This document shows, piece after piece, positions 9,778 through 20,708 of a stretch of DNA of 64,000 bases. The notes beneath the pieces are model-generated. The model saw only the letters and a list, made by a program, of their open reading frames with translations, was not told the origin of the DNA and ran no database searches. Source of the DNA: an uncultured delta proteobacterium (GTDB lineage: Bacteria > Myxococcota_A > Polyangia > Polyangiales > Polyangiaceae). Each line of letters starts with the position of its first letter. Position 1 is the stretch's first letter. Location of the stretch: assembly GCA_963850305.1 (NCBI GenBank), contig CAWKKR010000008.1:256001-320000 (forward strand). The letters are read 5' to 3'. The translations under genes and the position numbers were made by a program.

Positions 9778-11442
9778 GTGCTCGCCCCTCCGCCGTCCGG
9801 TCAAGTCCGGCTCGTTCCGCTCGGAGGGCTCGGCGAGATCGGCATGAATTGCCTCGCCGTCGAACAGGGTGACGATATCCTCGTCGTCGATTGCGGGATC
9901 CGGTTTCCGCACGACGATCTCGGCGTCGACGTCATTCACCCCGACTTCACGTGGCTCGTCGAGCGGGCCGGCCGCGTGCGCGGCGTGTTCCTCACGCACG
10001 GCCACGAAGACCACATCGGCGCCCTCCCATACTTCCTGTCGCGCATCGACGTGCCCGTCTGGGGGCCGCCGCACGCGATCGCGCTCGCCCGCAAGCGACT
10101 GGACGAGCACGGCTTCGCCGCTGACGAGTGCGATCTCCGGCTGGCGCAGGCCGGGGGGAGTTACGACGTCGGAGGATTCTCCGTCGAGCCGATTCGCGTG
10201 TCGCACTCGATCGTGGAGGCATCCGCGCTCGCGATCCGCACGAGCGCCGGCACGATCGTCCACACGGGGGACTTCAATTTCGATCCAGCGCCGCCCGACG
10301 GAGAGCCGACGGACGAGGCGCGGCTCGCGGCGCTCGGCAAGGAGGGCGTCGCGTTGCTCCTCTCGGACAGCACGAACGTCGACGTCCCCGCGCGTAGCGG
10401 TTCGGAGCGCGACGTCGGGGCGGCGCTACGGTCTCTCGTCGAGGCCGCCCCGGCGCGGGTCTTCATCGCCCTCTTCGCGAGCAACATTCAGCGACTCTTA
10501 CTCATCGGCGAGGTCGCGATGAAGACGGGTCGCAAGGTGTGCATTCTCGGCCGGAGTCTCGTCACCCAGGTCGACATCGCGACGCGGATCGGCCGCCTCA
10601 AGTGGCCGAGCGATCTGGTCATCGGTCCGGAACGAGCGCGGAACGCGCCGCGCGAGAGCGTCCTCGTGCTCGCTGGCGGCACGCAGGGCGAACCCGGCTC
10701 GGCAATGTCGCGTCTCGCCGCGGGCACGCACGGCGAGCTCACGCTCGACCCCGGGGACACCGTCATCTTCTCGAGCCGGGTCATTCCGGGCAACGAGCTG
10801 GCCTCGGTACAGATGATGGGCGACGTGCTCAGGCGCGGCGCGCGCGTCCACTCGCGCGTCACGGACCCCGGCGTCCACGTCAGCGGCCACGCGTCTCGAC
10901 CCGAACAGGCGAAGATGCTCGGGCTGGTCCAGCCTCGCGCCTTTCTTCCGGTTCACGGCACACTTCACCACCTGAGCCGGCATGGGGAGCTCGCCCGCGA
11001 GGAGGGCGTCGCAGAGGTCAGGATCGTGGAGAACGGGACTGCCGTGGTCTGCGATGGAGCGCGGCTCGAGGTGGACGGAGAGGTGGCGTCGGGCGCCGTT
11101 GCCGTCGGGTTCGGCGGCATGCCACTCGGGCGCGACCTGCTCCGCGAGCGCTCGGAGCTCGGACGCTCGGGCCTCGCCGTCCTTGCGCTCGCGGTGGATC
11201 GGACGGGTGCGCTCTTGGGGGTGCCGACCGCGACGACGCGCGGCATTCCGAACATGAGCGCACCCGCGGACGTCCGCGCGCTCGAGATGACCGCCGTCCG
11301 CGCCGTCGAGATCGCGAGCCGCAAGCGACGAAAACGCGACGAACTCGTCGACGACGTGCGCCGCGCCGTGCGCCGTCACGTCCTCGACGTCGCGGGTGCG
11401 CGGCCCGTCGTGGAAGTCCTCGTCGTCGAGCGGGACGCCTAG
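9778..11442 (+). CDS. rnj: Ribonuclease J
   Basis: PLGGLGEIGMN, THGHEDHIG, LLSDSTN, FASNIQR, GTQGEP, HVSGHA. Confidence 0.95.
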   Translation: MLAPPPSGQVRLVPLGGLGEIGMNCLAVEQGDDILVVDCGIRFPHDDLGVDVIHPDFTWLVERAGRVRGVFLTHGHEDHIGALPYFLSRIDVPVWGPPHAIALARKRLDEHGFAADECDLRLAQAGGSYDVGGFSVEPIRVSHSIVEASALAIRTSAGTIVHTGDFNFDPAPPDGEPTDEARLAALGKEGVALLLSDSTNVDVPARSGSERDVGAALRSLVEAAPARVFIALFASNIQRLLLIGEVAMKTGRKVCILGRSLVTQVDIATRIGRLKWPSDLVIGPERARNAPRESVLVLAGGTQGEPGSAMSRLAAGTHGELTLDPGDTVIFSSRVIPGNELASVQMMGDVLRRGARVHSRVTDPGVHVSGHASRPEQAKMLGLVQPRAFLPVHGTLHHLSRHGELAREEGVAEVRIVENGTAVVCDGARLEVDGEVASGAVAVGFGGMPLGRDLLRERSELGRSGLAVLALAVDRTGALLGVPTATTRGIPNMSAPADVRALEMTAVRAVEIASRKRRKRDELVDDVRRAVRRHVLDVAGARPVVEVLVVERDA

Positions 11443-11519
11443 ACCGAGGAGCGGCCGGCGATTCGATGAGGTCCTGAACGCGACACCTTCCTGGCGGATA
11501 GCGGCCAGCGAGGCGTCGC

Positions 11520-12113
11520 TCAGGGCGCGGTTGCGCTCCGGAACACTTCCACCTTCTCGAGCACCTGATCCTGGTTCGGTCGATCGGCAGCGCCGCGAGG
11601 GACGTTCGCGATCTTCTTGACCACATCCATGCCCGAGACGACGCGACCGAAGACGGAGTGCTTGCCGTCGAGGTGCGGCGTCGGCCCCTCCGTGATGAAG
11701 AACTGGGAGCCGTTGGTGCCTGGCCCGGCGTTGGCCATCGAGAGGACGCCCCCGCGATCGTGCTTCAGGTCCTTGTGAAACTCGTCCGAGAATCGATAGC
11801 CGGGACCGCCCGTGCCCCAGCGGCGCGCGGTGTCGGCGTGGCGCGTCAGTGGGTCGCCGCACTGGATCATGAATCCAGGAATCACGCGGTGGAACCGGAT
11901 GCCCGAGTAAAGGGGCTGACCGTCCATGCTCTTGCCCGCGTGCTCGTCCTTCCAGCCCATCGCACCCGTCGCGAGTCCGACGAAGTTTGCGACGGTTCGC
12001 GGCGCCTTCTCCTCGTCCAATTCAGCGACGATTGCGCCCTGCGTGGTGTGGAACCTTGCGTAGAGCTTTCCGGTGCCGGGGACGTTGATTTTTGGAAACT
12101 GGGGATCGGCCAT
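11520..12113 (-). CDS. Cyclophilin-type peptidyl-prolyl cis-trans isomerase
   Basis: [42 protein letters not shown]. Confidence 0.96.
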   Translation of the reverse strand: MADPQFPKINVPGTGKLYARFHTTQGAIVAELDEEKAPRTVANFVGLATGAMGWKDEHAGKSMDGQPLYSGIRFHRVIPGFMIQCGDPLTRHADTARRWGTGGPGYRFSDEFHKDLKHDRGGVLSMANAGPGTNGSQFFITEGPTPHLDGKHSVFGRVVSGMDVVKKIANVPRGAADRPNQDQVLEKVEVFRSATAP

Positions 12114-12189
12114 GGTGAACTCCTCTTGAAGACGCACCCCTTTTCACACGAATGCGTTCCGAGCCCAAGCATGTTTCGCTTCGAGCGCT

Positions 12190-13566
12190 TCAGAGCAAGA
12201 CGCCAGGATTCAAGATGCCGTTCGGGTCGAAGACGTTTTTTATGCCCTTCATGAGCGCGAGCTTCGTCGGGTCTTCGAGCTCCGAATAGTACTTCCTCTT
12301 CGCCGCGCCGATCCCGTGCTCGGCGGACACGGCGCCGCCCATGTCGACTCCCGCGCGCAGCAGATCGTGCATGACGGCCGACAGCTTGGCCTTGTCGGCT
12401 TCGAAGATCCCGAGATGGATGTTGCCGTCGCCCGCGTGCCCGCAACCGTTGACTGTCGTGCCGTGGCGGATCGCGATGTCACGGACCTTCGACATGTACT
12501 CGGGGATCGAGGCGCGCGGCACCACGACGTCGATGATGTCGGTGAGCCCCATGCGCTTGCCGACCCAGAACGTCTTTTCGCGTGCGTCGATGAGCGCCTT
12601 ACCTGCGCCGGACGGCAGTACGAAGACGTCGATGGCCCCTTCCTCGGCGCAGACCTCGCCGAGCCGCTCCACGTCGCGCTGCACGACGCTCTCGTCGCGG
12701 CCTTCGACCACGACCACCAGATATGCTTCGGCCTGGTCGCGCACGGCTTCCGGGATCCCGAGCTCGAGCCCGGTGAACCCGGTGATGCCCATCATGGTCA
12801 TCTTGTCGATGTACTCGACGAGCAACGGACCCGCGCCGCTCATCACCAGAGCCGGCACGGCGCGGGACACTTCTTCGAGTGAGCGAAACGGCGCGAGCAG
12901 TGTCGACCAGATGGGCATCCTCGGAAAGAGCTTCACGGTGACCTGCGTGATGACCGCGAGTGTTCCCTCCGAACCGATGAGAAGCTGTGTGAGATCGTAG
13001 CCGCTCGACACCTTCACGAACTTGCCGCCCGTTCGGACGATGTCTCCGTTCGGGAGCACTGCCTCCAGCCCGAGCACCTGGTTTCGGGTCACACCATATT
13101 TCACGGCACGCATGCCGCCCGCGTTCGTCGCGACGTTGCCGCCGAGGCTCGCGCTATTTTCTCCCGGGAAGATCGGGTAAACGAGGCCCTTCTTCGCGGT
13201 GGCCTGGTCGAGCGCGTCGAGGGTAACGCCCGGTTCGACGACGGCGACGTGATTCGCCTCGTCAATCTCGAGGATCCGGTTCATCCGCTCGAGGGAGAGC
13301 AGAATGCCGCCGGGCCTCGGCGTGCATCCACCAGACAGGCCCGTCCCGGCACCGCGAAGCGTCACCGGGATCCGGTGTTCGTTCGCGAATTTCAGGAGAC
13401 GCGAAACCTGGTCGGTCGTCGCGGGGCGCACGACGGCCTCGGGCGTCGCGTGCGGCGTGGACAGACACTCGTCGTGCGAATACCCGTCCTCGATTCCATC
13501 GCCCCGGAGGACATGGCCCTCGCCGACGATGGTTCGAAGTTCATTCAGAGCGGCTTCTAGCGCCAT
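12190..13566 (-). CDS. FAD-linked oxidase, GlcD/D-lactate dehydrogenase-like
   Basis: RGAGTGLSGG, GGNVATNAGG, GSEGTL, GHAGDGNIH, SAEHGIG, NPG C-terminus. Confidence 0.93.
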   Translation of the reverse strand: MALEAALNELRTIVGEGHVLRGDGIEDGYSHDECLSTPHATPEAVVRPATTDQVSRLLKFANEHRIPVTLRGAGTGLSGGCTPRPGGILLSLERMNRILEIDEANHVAVVEPGVTLDALDQATAKKGLVYPIFPGENSASLGGNVATNAGGMRAVKYGVTRNQVLGLEAVLPNGDIVRTGGKFVKVSSGYDLTQLLIGSEGTLAVITQVTVKLFPRMPIWSTLLAPFRSLEEVSRAVPALVMSGAGPLLVEYIDKMTMMGITGFTGLELGIPEAVRDQAEAYLVVVVEGRDESVVQRDVERLGEVCAEEGAIDVFVLPSGAGKALIDAREKTFWVGKRMGLTDIIDVVVPRASIPEYMSKVRDIAIRHGTTVNGCGHAGDGNIHLGIFEADKAKLSAVMHDLLRAGVDMGGAVSAEHGIGAAKRKYYSELEDPTKLALMKGIKNVFDPNGILNPGVLL

Positions 13567-13681
13567 GCTTCACCTTCATTCCGCAAGATACACCCCCTCC
13601 GCGGTCTCGTCGCTTGAACGAAGTGGCCGCCGCCGTGGGCCAGGAGACCCACGGGAGACACGAGCCCCGCCGGACGCCGCG

Positions 13682-14885
13682 TCAGCTCTTGTCGAACAGC
13701 GTGGCGATGCCCTGGCCCACGCCGATGCAGAGTGCGGCCAGGCCCACCCGTGCCCTGGGATTTTCGCTCATGACGCTCGCGAGCGTCGCCACGATGCGGG
13801 CGCCGGAGCTGCCGATCGGATGGCCGAGCGCGATACCGCCACCCCGCACGTTCACCCGGTCCGGGTCGAGCTCGAGCCCGCGAACGCACGCGAGCGCTTG
13901 CGCGGCAAACGCCTCGTTCAGCTCTATGGCGTCGAGGTTCGGCGCGCGCAGCCCCGTGCGCGCCAGGAGCTTCTTCGTCGCCGGAATGGGGCCTTCCCCC
14001 ATGTAGCCTGGATCGACGCCGGCTGTCGCGCTCGCCACCCATCGGAGCTTCGGTTCCACACCGAGCTCTTTCACGACGGATTCGCTGGCGAGTATCACGC
14101 CGGACGCCCCGTCGTTGAGTGGCGAGGAATTGCCCGCCGTCACGCTCCCGCCCTCGCGAAAGGCAGGCTTCAACTTCGCGAGCCCCTCGAGCGAAGCGTC
14201 GGGGCGCGGGCTCTCGTCCTTCTCGAACAGCATGGGCGCACCCTTCGCCTGCGGGACGGCGACAGGTGCGATCTCGTTGGCGAAGAGCCCGCGTTCCCAG
14301 GCCGCCACGGCCTTCTCGTGCGACCGGAGCGCGAAACGATCTTGCTCCTCACGCGTGATCCCGAACTTCGTTGCGACGTTCTCGGCCGTCTCGCCCATGC
14401 TGATCGAGATCGAAGCGCGCCTGCATGCGGGGGTTCGGATATCGCCAGCCGAGCGTGGTGTCGTAGAGGGGCGGCGGCGTACGGCTGAACGCCTCTTCCG
14501 TCTTCGGCATGGAGAAGGGCGCTCGAGTCATGCTCTCGACGCCGCCCGCGATCGCGACCGTCGCTTCACCGGTCGCGATCATCCGCGCGGCATCGTTGAT
14601 TGCTTCGAGTCCGGAGCCACAGAGGCGATTCACCGTCACCGCCGGGATTTCGTACGGGAGGCCCGCGATGAGGAGCGCCATGCGCGCGACGTTGCGATTG
14701 TCCTCTCCGGCCTGATTCGTCGAACCGAAGACGATCTGGTCCAGGCGCTCGGCGAGCGCCGGCTGACGCTTGACGAGCGTCGTCACGATGTGGGCCGCTA
14801 GGTCGTCCGCGCGCACCTTCGCAAGGCCCCCGCGGAACTTTCCAATCGGCGTACGAACGGCATCGACGAGGTAAACGGCCGGCAT
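13682..14885 (-). CDS. Acetyl-CoA C-acyltransferase (thiolase); +1 frameshift near 14405
   Basis: NRLCGSG, NEAFA, GHPIGSSG, LCIGVGQG split over two ORFs. Removing one base in CTC-G-ATC-AGC-ATG restores ...FDLISMGET. Confidence 0.92.
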
Positions 14886-14925
14886 GCTCCGACTCTACCT
14901 CAGCGACGCGGCAACCGCGACCGCT

Positions 14926-15615
14926 TCAGGCTTGAACGGTGTGCCCCGCGAGGTCGGCGCCGCACGTGGCACAAGTCTTCGGAACGTTGTCCTTGTGATA
15001 GACCTGCGCACAGTTGAGACAGAGCCGCGCGTCGCGTTCGAACGAGATGATCTTGTTCGTCGCGGCACATCGGCGGCCCGCGACTTGATCTCCGGTGACC
15101 GGAACCTCTTCTCCGCCGGGCTGCGTCGCGAGCGGGATGCCGCGCTTGCCCGCCTCGTCCACCTTCACGATCTTCGGCAGCCGACGCTCGGCCTCGGCGA
15201 TGATGAACGCCGTGGCCCGCGGATGGGCGCCGACGGGAATGCCGATCGTCAAGCCAGGCGACTTCACGACGAGGTCGCCACCAGCGAGCTGGATTTCCTC
15301 CATGTCGCACCACAGGATGCGTGTCACCTCGGAGCCACGCTCGATCGCCACGCCGGCGTCTCCGGCGCGCACCGGGAATGCGCTCGCGCCCCCGAGCCAG
15401 AGGCCTGCCCCGAGACCGATCGCGCCCACGGTGACGAGAGCCGACGCGTACGACACGGGCGTCTCGCTGACCCATTGTCCGTAAACCCCCGCCCCGAGCG
15501 CGAGCGATCCGAGCATCCCGAGCCCGCCGGCGAACCGGGAAGTGTGGGTTGCTTCCGGAACGAATCGTCGCTCCGTACGTTCTTTCTGGGCTTTCCTCTT
15601 CTTCTTTTCCGCCAT
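14926..15615 (-). CDS. Membrane protein with C-terminal Cys-rich (Zn-finger-like) domain
   Basis: Two hydrophobic helices; CAAT...CLNC...CATC at the C-terminus. Confidence 0.75.
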   Translation of the reverse strand: MAEKKKRKAQKERTERRFVPEATHTSRFAGGLGMLGSLALGAGVYGQWVSETPVSYASALVTVGAIGLGAGLWLGGASAFPVRAGDAGVAIERGSEVTRILWCDMEEIQLAGGDLVVKSPGLTIGIPVGAHPRATAFIIAEAERRLPKIVKVDEAGKRGIPLATQPGGEEVPVTGDQVAGRRCAATNKIISFERDARLCLNCAQVYHKDNVPKTCATCGADLAGHTVQA

Positions 15616-15767
15616 GCGATCCCTTCGCGGCGCGGAGCCTAGAGCGTCTTTCCGCGAAGTGGAACGCTCGAAAGCAACGAAAGACCGGCGCCGTTCGTCG
15701 CCGCGCCGTCGTTTGCCGGCTCGCCGCGGTTGTTTTCGCCCGGAAGGGCGCGTTCACTCGGGTTTGC

Positions 15768-17099
15768 ATGGGTCTGACGCCTGTTTCCCGGATGGCATCG
15801 CGGATGCTTCCCGCGTCCGCGATCGCCGTCGTCGCGTTTACCGTCCTGGTCTCCGCACGGCCGAAGCCGGTCGTCGCGGTGCGGCTCCGCGGGGGCCCGA
15901 CCGAGGGCGCGACCGTTCTTTCGTGGCGGCTCGAGGTCGTGGAGCGGCTCGGCTCCCGTGAAAGCGTGCTCGCCGGACGCGCCGCGTCGCTGGAAGCGCG
16001 CTTCGACGGCGGCGGGGCCGACTGGCACGGAACGCTCGACGCCGAAGGAGCGGCCTCGGTGACCCTCGCGGGCTTTTCGAGCCCGGTGAGCGGGTCGGTC
16101 CGCGTCCGGGTGTCGGTCGCGAACCTTGCGCCCCTGCCAGAGACGGTGTTCGCGGTCTCGCGGGCTCGGTGGTCCGCCCATGCTCGTCGCCGCGGGGGCT
16201 GGGTCGAAGGGCGGCCCAGCGGCGACCTCAGCGTGCGGGTCGCACCCGGGCGCGGCATCTTCGCGGTTCCGTTTCGCGACCCACTGTGGGTCGAAGTGCG
16301 TGGGCCGAACGCCGCGCTCGACGGCGTCACGGTCTCGGCCAGCGCGGAGGGGGGCCGGCTCGTCGGCACGCCTCGACCGCCGCTCGTCTCCAGGCGCTCC
16401 GAGTTGTTCTTCACTCCCGACGAGTACGCCGTGGACGTCTCCGTCGTGGCGCACTCGCCGACCGAGAATGCGCGCCTGGACGTCGCACTCGACGTCGATC
16501 CGGGCGCGCTGCACGCGGTGCTCTCGCCGGACGGCCTGGTCGTATCTTCACCGATCGTTCGTGAGCGTGCGTACGTCGCCATCGTCACCGAGTCCGAGCG
16601 CCTGACGGGGGGAACGGTGACCCTGATTCCCGACGGGTCGGGTGGCGCGCGCGGTCTCTTTGCGCTCGGTCCCTTGCCGCGAGAGCCGACCTGGGCGGTC
16701 GTGTCCAGCGAGTCGGATCGCGCGTCGCCGGCCCTCGTCGGATGGCCGATCGTCACGTCCGGCACCGAGCCACCCATGACCTTCGACGTCCCGGACGTGC
16801 TCCTGGCTGACACGACCGCCGTCGCTGTGGGCCGTGAGGCGTCGAGGGTTCGCTGCGTCCGGGCGCTGGCTGCGTCGTTCGCCGTCTTCGCTCTCGCCCT
16901 CACGGCCTGGTTCGTCGCACGCGACGCTCGGCGGGCGCGCGCCGAGCTCCGCTCGCACCTCGACGACGCCGGAGCGGATGCAGAATCGACCATACGGATT
17001 GCCACTTCTGGCGGCGCGAGCAACTGGGTTCTTGCCCTGTCGCTACTGGTGTTCGCCCTGGCAGCACTCCTCGTCGCGACGTTCGCGCTCTATCGGTGA
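15768..17099 (+). CDS. Hypothetical membrane protein
   Basis: N-terminal hydrophobic helix, beta-rich core, two C-terminal TM helices. Start uncertain. Confidence 0.65.
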   Translation: MGLTPVSRMASRMLPASAIAVVAFTVLVSARPKPVVAVRLRGGPTEGATVLSWRLEVVERLGSRESVLAGRAASLEARFDGGGADWHGTLDAEGAASVTLAGFSSPVSGSVRVRVSVANLAPLPETVFAVSRARWSAHARRRGGWVEGRPSGDLSVRVAPGRGIFAVPFRDPLWVEVRGPNAALDGVTVSASAEGGRLVGTPRPPLVSRRSELFFTPDEYAVDVSVVAHSPTENARLDVALDVDPGALHAVLSPDGLVVSSPIVRERAYVAIVTESERLTGGTVTLIPDGSGGARGLFALGPLPREPTWAVVSSESDRASPALVGWPIVTSGTEPPMTFDVPDVLLADTTAVAVGREASRVRCVRALAASFAVFALALTAWFVARDARRARAELRSHLDDAGADAESTIRIATSGGASNWVLALSLLVFALAALLVATFALYR

Positions 17100-17448
17100 C
17101 GCCCCGCGCTCCGCCTCTGGCCCGGGGCCTTGGCTGCCAGGGGCCGGCAAGGAGTGGCGCGCTCTCCAGGCCATGCGTTTCCCCGTCCGGCGTGCGGTCG
17201 TCCGCACATGCCCTCATCGGTCGCTCCCGCTCGCTCGCGTTCATTTCCCACGAATCGGCCGAAATTGCGGGCCGTCGTTTTGGGACCACCGCGTCATCAC
17301 AAAACCCTTCCTTGTCCTCCCTCCTCCCACACCCTGAGCGTCACGCACCTTTGACGGGTGCACGCGGGCAAGCAAAGCTAGCGTGGATGGGGTACCCTCG
17401 GAAAAAATTGGGTTTGACGTAACCTTCGGTGCTTGGAGACTCGTTCAA

Positions 17449-19833
17449 ATGGTTCATGGCCGCTGGACTTCGATTGCTGCACTGACGATCGTTTCGGGTG
17501 CGACCTTGATCGGATGCGGTGGCTCTGGCACGACGAATCTTTTCGATACGGGCTCCACTGGAGGCGCGGCGGCGACCGGCGCGGGCGGCGCGAATTCAGG
17601 GACGGGCGGTGTAGCTTCGGGTGGCCTGGGGTCGGGCACCGGTGGTGTCGTGAATTCAGAGAGCGGTGGGAGCGCGGGCAACGCAGGCGCGGGTGGCACG
17701 GAGCAACTCGACGGAAGCATCCCGGATGCAGGCAGCGCGGGCGCCCCCATGGACTCGGGCACTGGGGGGAGTGAATCAGGTGGAGCGGGTAGTTTGGATT
17801 CCGGCAGCTCCAGCGGCGGCGCAGCTTCGGGTGGCGACGGCGGCATCATCGGCGCGAGCGGCGGTGCGAGCGGTTCCGGTGGAGCGACGGGCTCCGGCGG
17901 CGCAAGCTCGGGCGGCGCGACGGGTTCCGGTGGTGCGAGCGGTTCCGGTGGTGCGGCGAGCGGTGGCGCGAGCGGTTCCGGCGGCGCGAGCGGTTCCGGT
18001 GGAGCGACGGGCTCCGGCGGCGCAAGCTCGGGCGGCGCGACGGGTTCTGGTGGCGCGAGCGGTTCCGGTGGTGCGGCAAGCGGTGGCACGAGCGGTTCCG
18101 GCGGCGCAAGCTCGGGCGGCGCCGGTGGTTCCGGCGGCTCGTGCAGCACCGACGAGGATTGCCAGGTCGACGGCGGCGCGGCCATGATTTGCGTCGATGA
18201 TGAGTGCGTGCCGGGCGACTGTCACGTGAGCACGGACTGCCCCGACGGCGGAGTGTGCGGGCTGATCACGACGCAAGAATGTTCCCCCTGCACGACATCC
18301 GCGCAGTGTTCCGCGACGAATGGCTACGGGGGTGGACACGTCTGCGACACGGGTTCGTGCGTCGTGGGCAACTGCGCCGAGGACGTCGCGTGTGCCGGCG
18401 GTGAGATTTGCGGCGTCACCAAGCCGGACACTTGCGGCAAGTGCACCACCGACACCCAATGCCAGAACGCGCCCGCGTATGGTGCGGGCTTCATGTGCGA
18501 CACGGCGACCGGCGCGTGCGTCAGTTCTGCCTGCCCGACCGACGACGTCGCGTGCTCCAAGAACGGCACGGACTTCTGCTGCGGCGGAACCTGCGTGACC
18601 GGCAACTGCTGCAATAACGGCGACTGCAAGGCCGGTAAATGCGTGAACAACGAGTGCACCTCGTGCGCCGTCGTCACGGACGACACGTATTACGTCGATC
18701 CGCTCGACGGCAGCGACAAGACCGGTACGGGCGACGGCGCAGGCACTTGCGCATTCAAGACCATCACGCGCGCCCTCCAGGCGATCGGCAACCCGACTTC
18801 GGCGACGACGATCGTCATCGTCCCGGACGCCGCCGTGAGCAGCGCGAACGGCGAGACCTTCCCCATTGCCGTCCCGGCGAACGTCACCATCGACGGCAAC
18901 GGCGGGGGCACCGACGCGACGGTCCTCGTGCCCGGGAACGGCACCGGGTTCACGCTGGCGCATGCAAACTCGTCCCTCGCGGATCTGGTGATCGACGGGC
19001 AATCGGGACAAGCGCTCATCGGCGTCTCGGTCACGCCGGGCTCCACGACGACCACGAAGGTCGCGAACGTCACCGTGGAGAATTTCTCTTCCGACGGCAT
19101 TCACGTCACCGGAGCGCTGACGATCGGTGAAGGCGTTACATCCACGGGCAACGCGGAGAGCGGCCTCCACGTGCTCGGCACCGGTCGGGTGACCGTCGCA
19201 CAGACCTCTGCGACCGGCGCAGCCGTCCATTTCGACGAGAACGCGGGATATGGAATCGAAGTCACGGGTACCGGCGGCATCACTCTGACGGGCAGCCCGG
19301 GCACTCTCGGGAATGGCACTGTCACGGCAAATGGCAACTCGCTCGACGGTCTGTTCATCGAGCAGACGCCTGCGATCTCGATCGTGTCGCCGATCGACAC
19401 CATCACCGGTCTCGTCGCGTGGGAGAACGACGGGAACGGCATTCACGTCTTTGGCGGCTCTTCACTGGTGCTGCGCGATAGCTACGTGCTCGGCAACGCC
19501 GCGAACGGCATACTGGTATCCACGTACATCGCGGGCGCCACTGCGAACGACAGCGTCGCGCGCATCAACCTCGGCGGCGCCGTCGTTGCAGGCGCGAACA
19601 CCCTCCAGGCCGCAGCCGGCGGGCATGTCAACGCCGATGCGGGCATCTGCCTCGACGTCGATCGTCTCGCCAACGTCACCCTGACGGCCGAAGGTAACAT
19701 CTTCGGAACCATCAACTGCGGCGCGACCAACGGAACCCTCAAGCACGACGACAACTGCACGGGCGCCGTCGATTACTCCGTCGATACGGCGCTCACGACA
19801 TCGAACACCATCGACGTAGCGAACTGCCATTGA
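17449..19833 (+). CDS. Surface lipoprotein: Gly/Ser linker, Cys-rich repeats, DUF1565-like motif, right-handed beta-helix
   Basis: Lipobox TLIGC; GSGGA repeats; repeated Cys modules; YYVDP...GSD...FKTITRAL...GETFPI; NxxxGI beta-helix repeats. Confidence 0.85.
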   Translation: MVHGRWTSIAALTIVSGATLIGCGGSGTTNLFDTGSTGGAAATGAGGANSGTGGVASGGLGSGTGGVVNSESGGSAGNAGAGGTEQLDGSIPDAGSAGAPMDSGTGGSESGGAGSLDSGSSSGGAASGGDGGIIGASGGASGSGGATGSGGASSGGATGSGGASGSGGAASGGASGSGGASGSGGATGSGGASSGGATGSGGASGSGGAASGGTSGSGGASSGGAGGSGGSCSTDEDCQVDGGAAMICVDDECVPGDCHVSTDCPDGGVCGLITTQECSPCTTSAQCSATNGYGGGHVCDTGSCVVGNCAEDVACAGGEICGVTKPDTCGKCTTDTQCQNAPAYGAGFMCDTATGACVSSACPTDDVACSKNGTDFCCGGTCVTGNCCNNGDCKAGKCVNNECTSCAVVTDDTYYVDPLDGSDKTGTGDGAGTCAFKTITRALQAIGNPTSATTIVIVPDAAVSSANGETFPIAVPANVTIDGNGGGTDATVLVPGNGTGFTLAHANSSLADLVIDGQSGQALIGVSVTPGSTTTTKVANVTVENFSSDGIHVTGALTIGEGVTSTGNAESGLHVLGTGRVTVAQTSATGAAVHFDENAGYGIEVTGTGGITLTGSPGTLGNGTVTANGNSLDGLFIEQTPAISIVSPIDTITGLVAWENDGNGIHVFGGSSLVLRDSYVLGNAANGILVSTYIAGATANDSVARINLGGAVVAGANTLQAAAGGHVNADAGICLDVDRLANVTLTAEGNIFGTINCGATNGTLKHDDNCTGAVDYSVDTALTTSNTIDVANCH
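17866..18107 (+). repeat. About 120-bp tandem duplication in the Gly/Ser linker
   Basis: 17881-17940 is nearly identical to 18001-18060, and 17941-17987 nearly identical to 18061-18107. Confidence 0.85.
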
Positions 19834-19959
19834 CTCCGCGAGGGTGGGTGGACGCCTCCGCTTGGCTTTGCGGCGATGCGGCTCCGTCCGGGGCGGGAAC
19901 TTCTCGCTTCGTCCCGCCATGGCAGACGGCGCGAGCTGGATCCATGGTAGCGTGTATGT

Positions 19960-20592
19960 GTGCATCCGCTCTTCCAGCTCGATGCTCCACTGCCGATCCC
20001 TCCTGGACGGAGCCCCTTTCATATCCGGGGCCTCTATTACAACCGGCTCGTCGCTCGCTTGAGCGGGGAATCCGGAGGCCTCCAGAAGTGGCTCGCGACG
20101 ATCGACGATCCCGCGCTCAGGGATTTCATTTCGCAGCGGTTTTCGTGGACCGGCTGGTACGATGTAATGCCGGCAATGCCGATTTGCGTCGCTTCCACGC
20201 GCCGTACGGGCGTGGAGTTCGAGACGGCAATCCGTGAGCAAACGCGGAGCGCCGCGCTCCGTCTCATTCCAAGCGCGTTTCGATTCGCGCTGCGTGTACC
20301 GGGACCGACGGCGATGGCCGCTCAGGTCGGCCAAGTCGTCGCAATGACGATGGACTTCGTCGAACTGCGTATCGAAGAATCGAGGCCGACACGGTCGACG
20401 GGCTGGGGCAAAGGGGTGCCACTCTTCATTGCGCCGCATACGGCGAATACCGTCGTCGGTTTCTTCCAGGCGATCCTGGAAGCGCGCGGAGCAAGAGACG
20501 TGCGGGCGCGCTACACGGACGTGGTCCCCGACGGAACGAAGAGCGGTATCGAGACGGTATCGATTCGTTACGAATTCGATTGGGCATCGTGA
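19960..20592 (+). CDS. Hypothetical protein (myxobacterial; possibly TIGR02265/V4R-like fold)
   Basis: Protein-like ORF with PFHIRG...F...WYD pattern and YEFDW end. Family call tentative. Confidence 0.65.
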   Translation: MHPLFQLDAPLPIPPGRSPFHIRGLYYNRLVARLSGESGGLQKWLATIDDPALRDFISQRFSWTGWYDVMPAMPICVASTRRTGVEFETAIREQTRSAALRLIPSAFRFALRVPGPTAMAAQVGQVVAMTMDFVELRIEESRPTRSTGWGKGVPLFIAPHTANTVVGFFQAILEARGARDVRARYTDVVPDGTKSGIETVSIRYEFDWAS

Positions 20593-20708
20593 TCATCCAG
20601 CGGCTCAGCGTGGCCTCCGCAGCCTCACGCATGATCCCGAGAACGTTGAGGTGGCCTGAACGACCGACGGAACTGCTGACGGCCGTGAATCGCGTCGCGG
20701 AGGTAGGC

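Noticed and set aside
17800..18140. Repeat array as a possible CRISPR
   Set aside because: In-frame Gly/Ser coding repeats, with no unique spacers and no cas genes.
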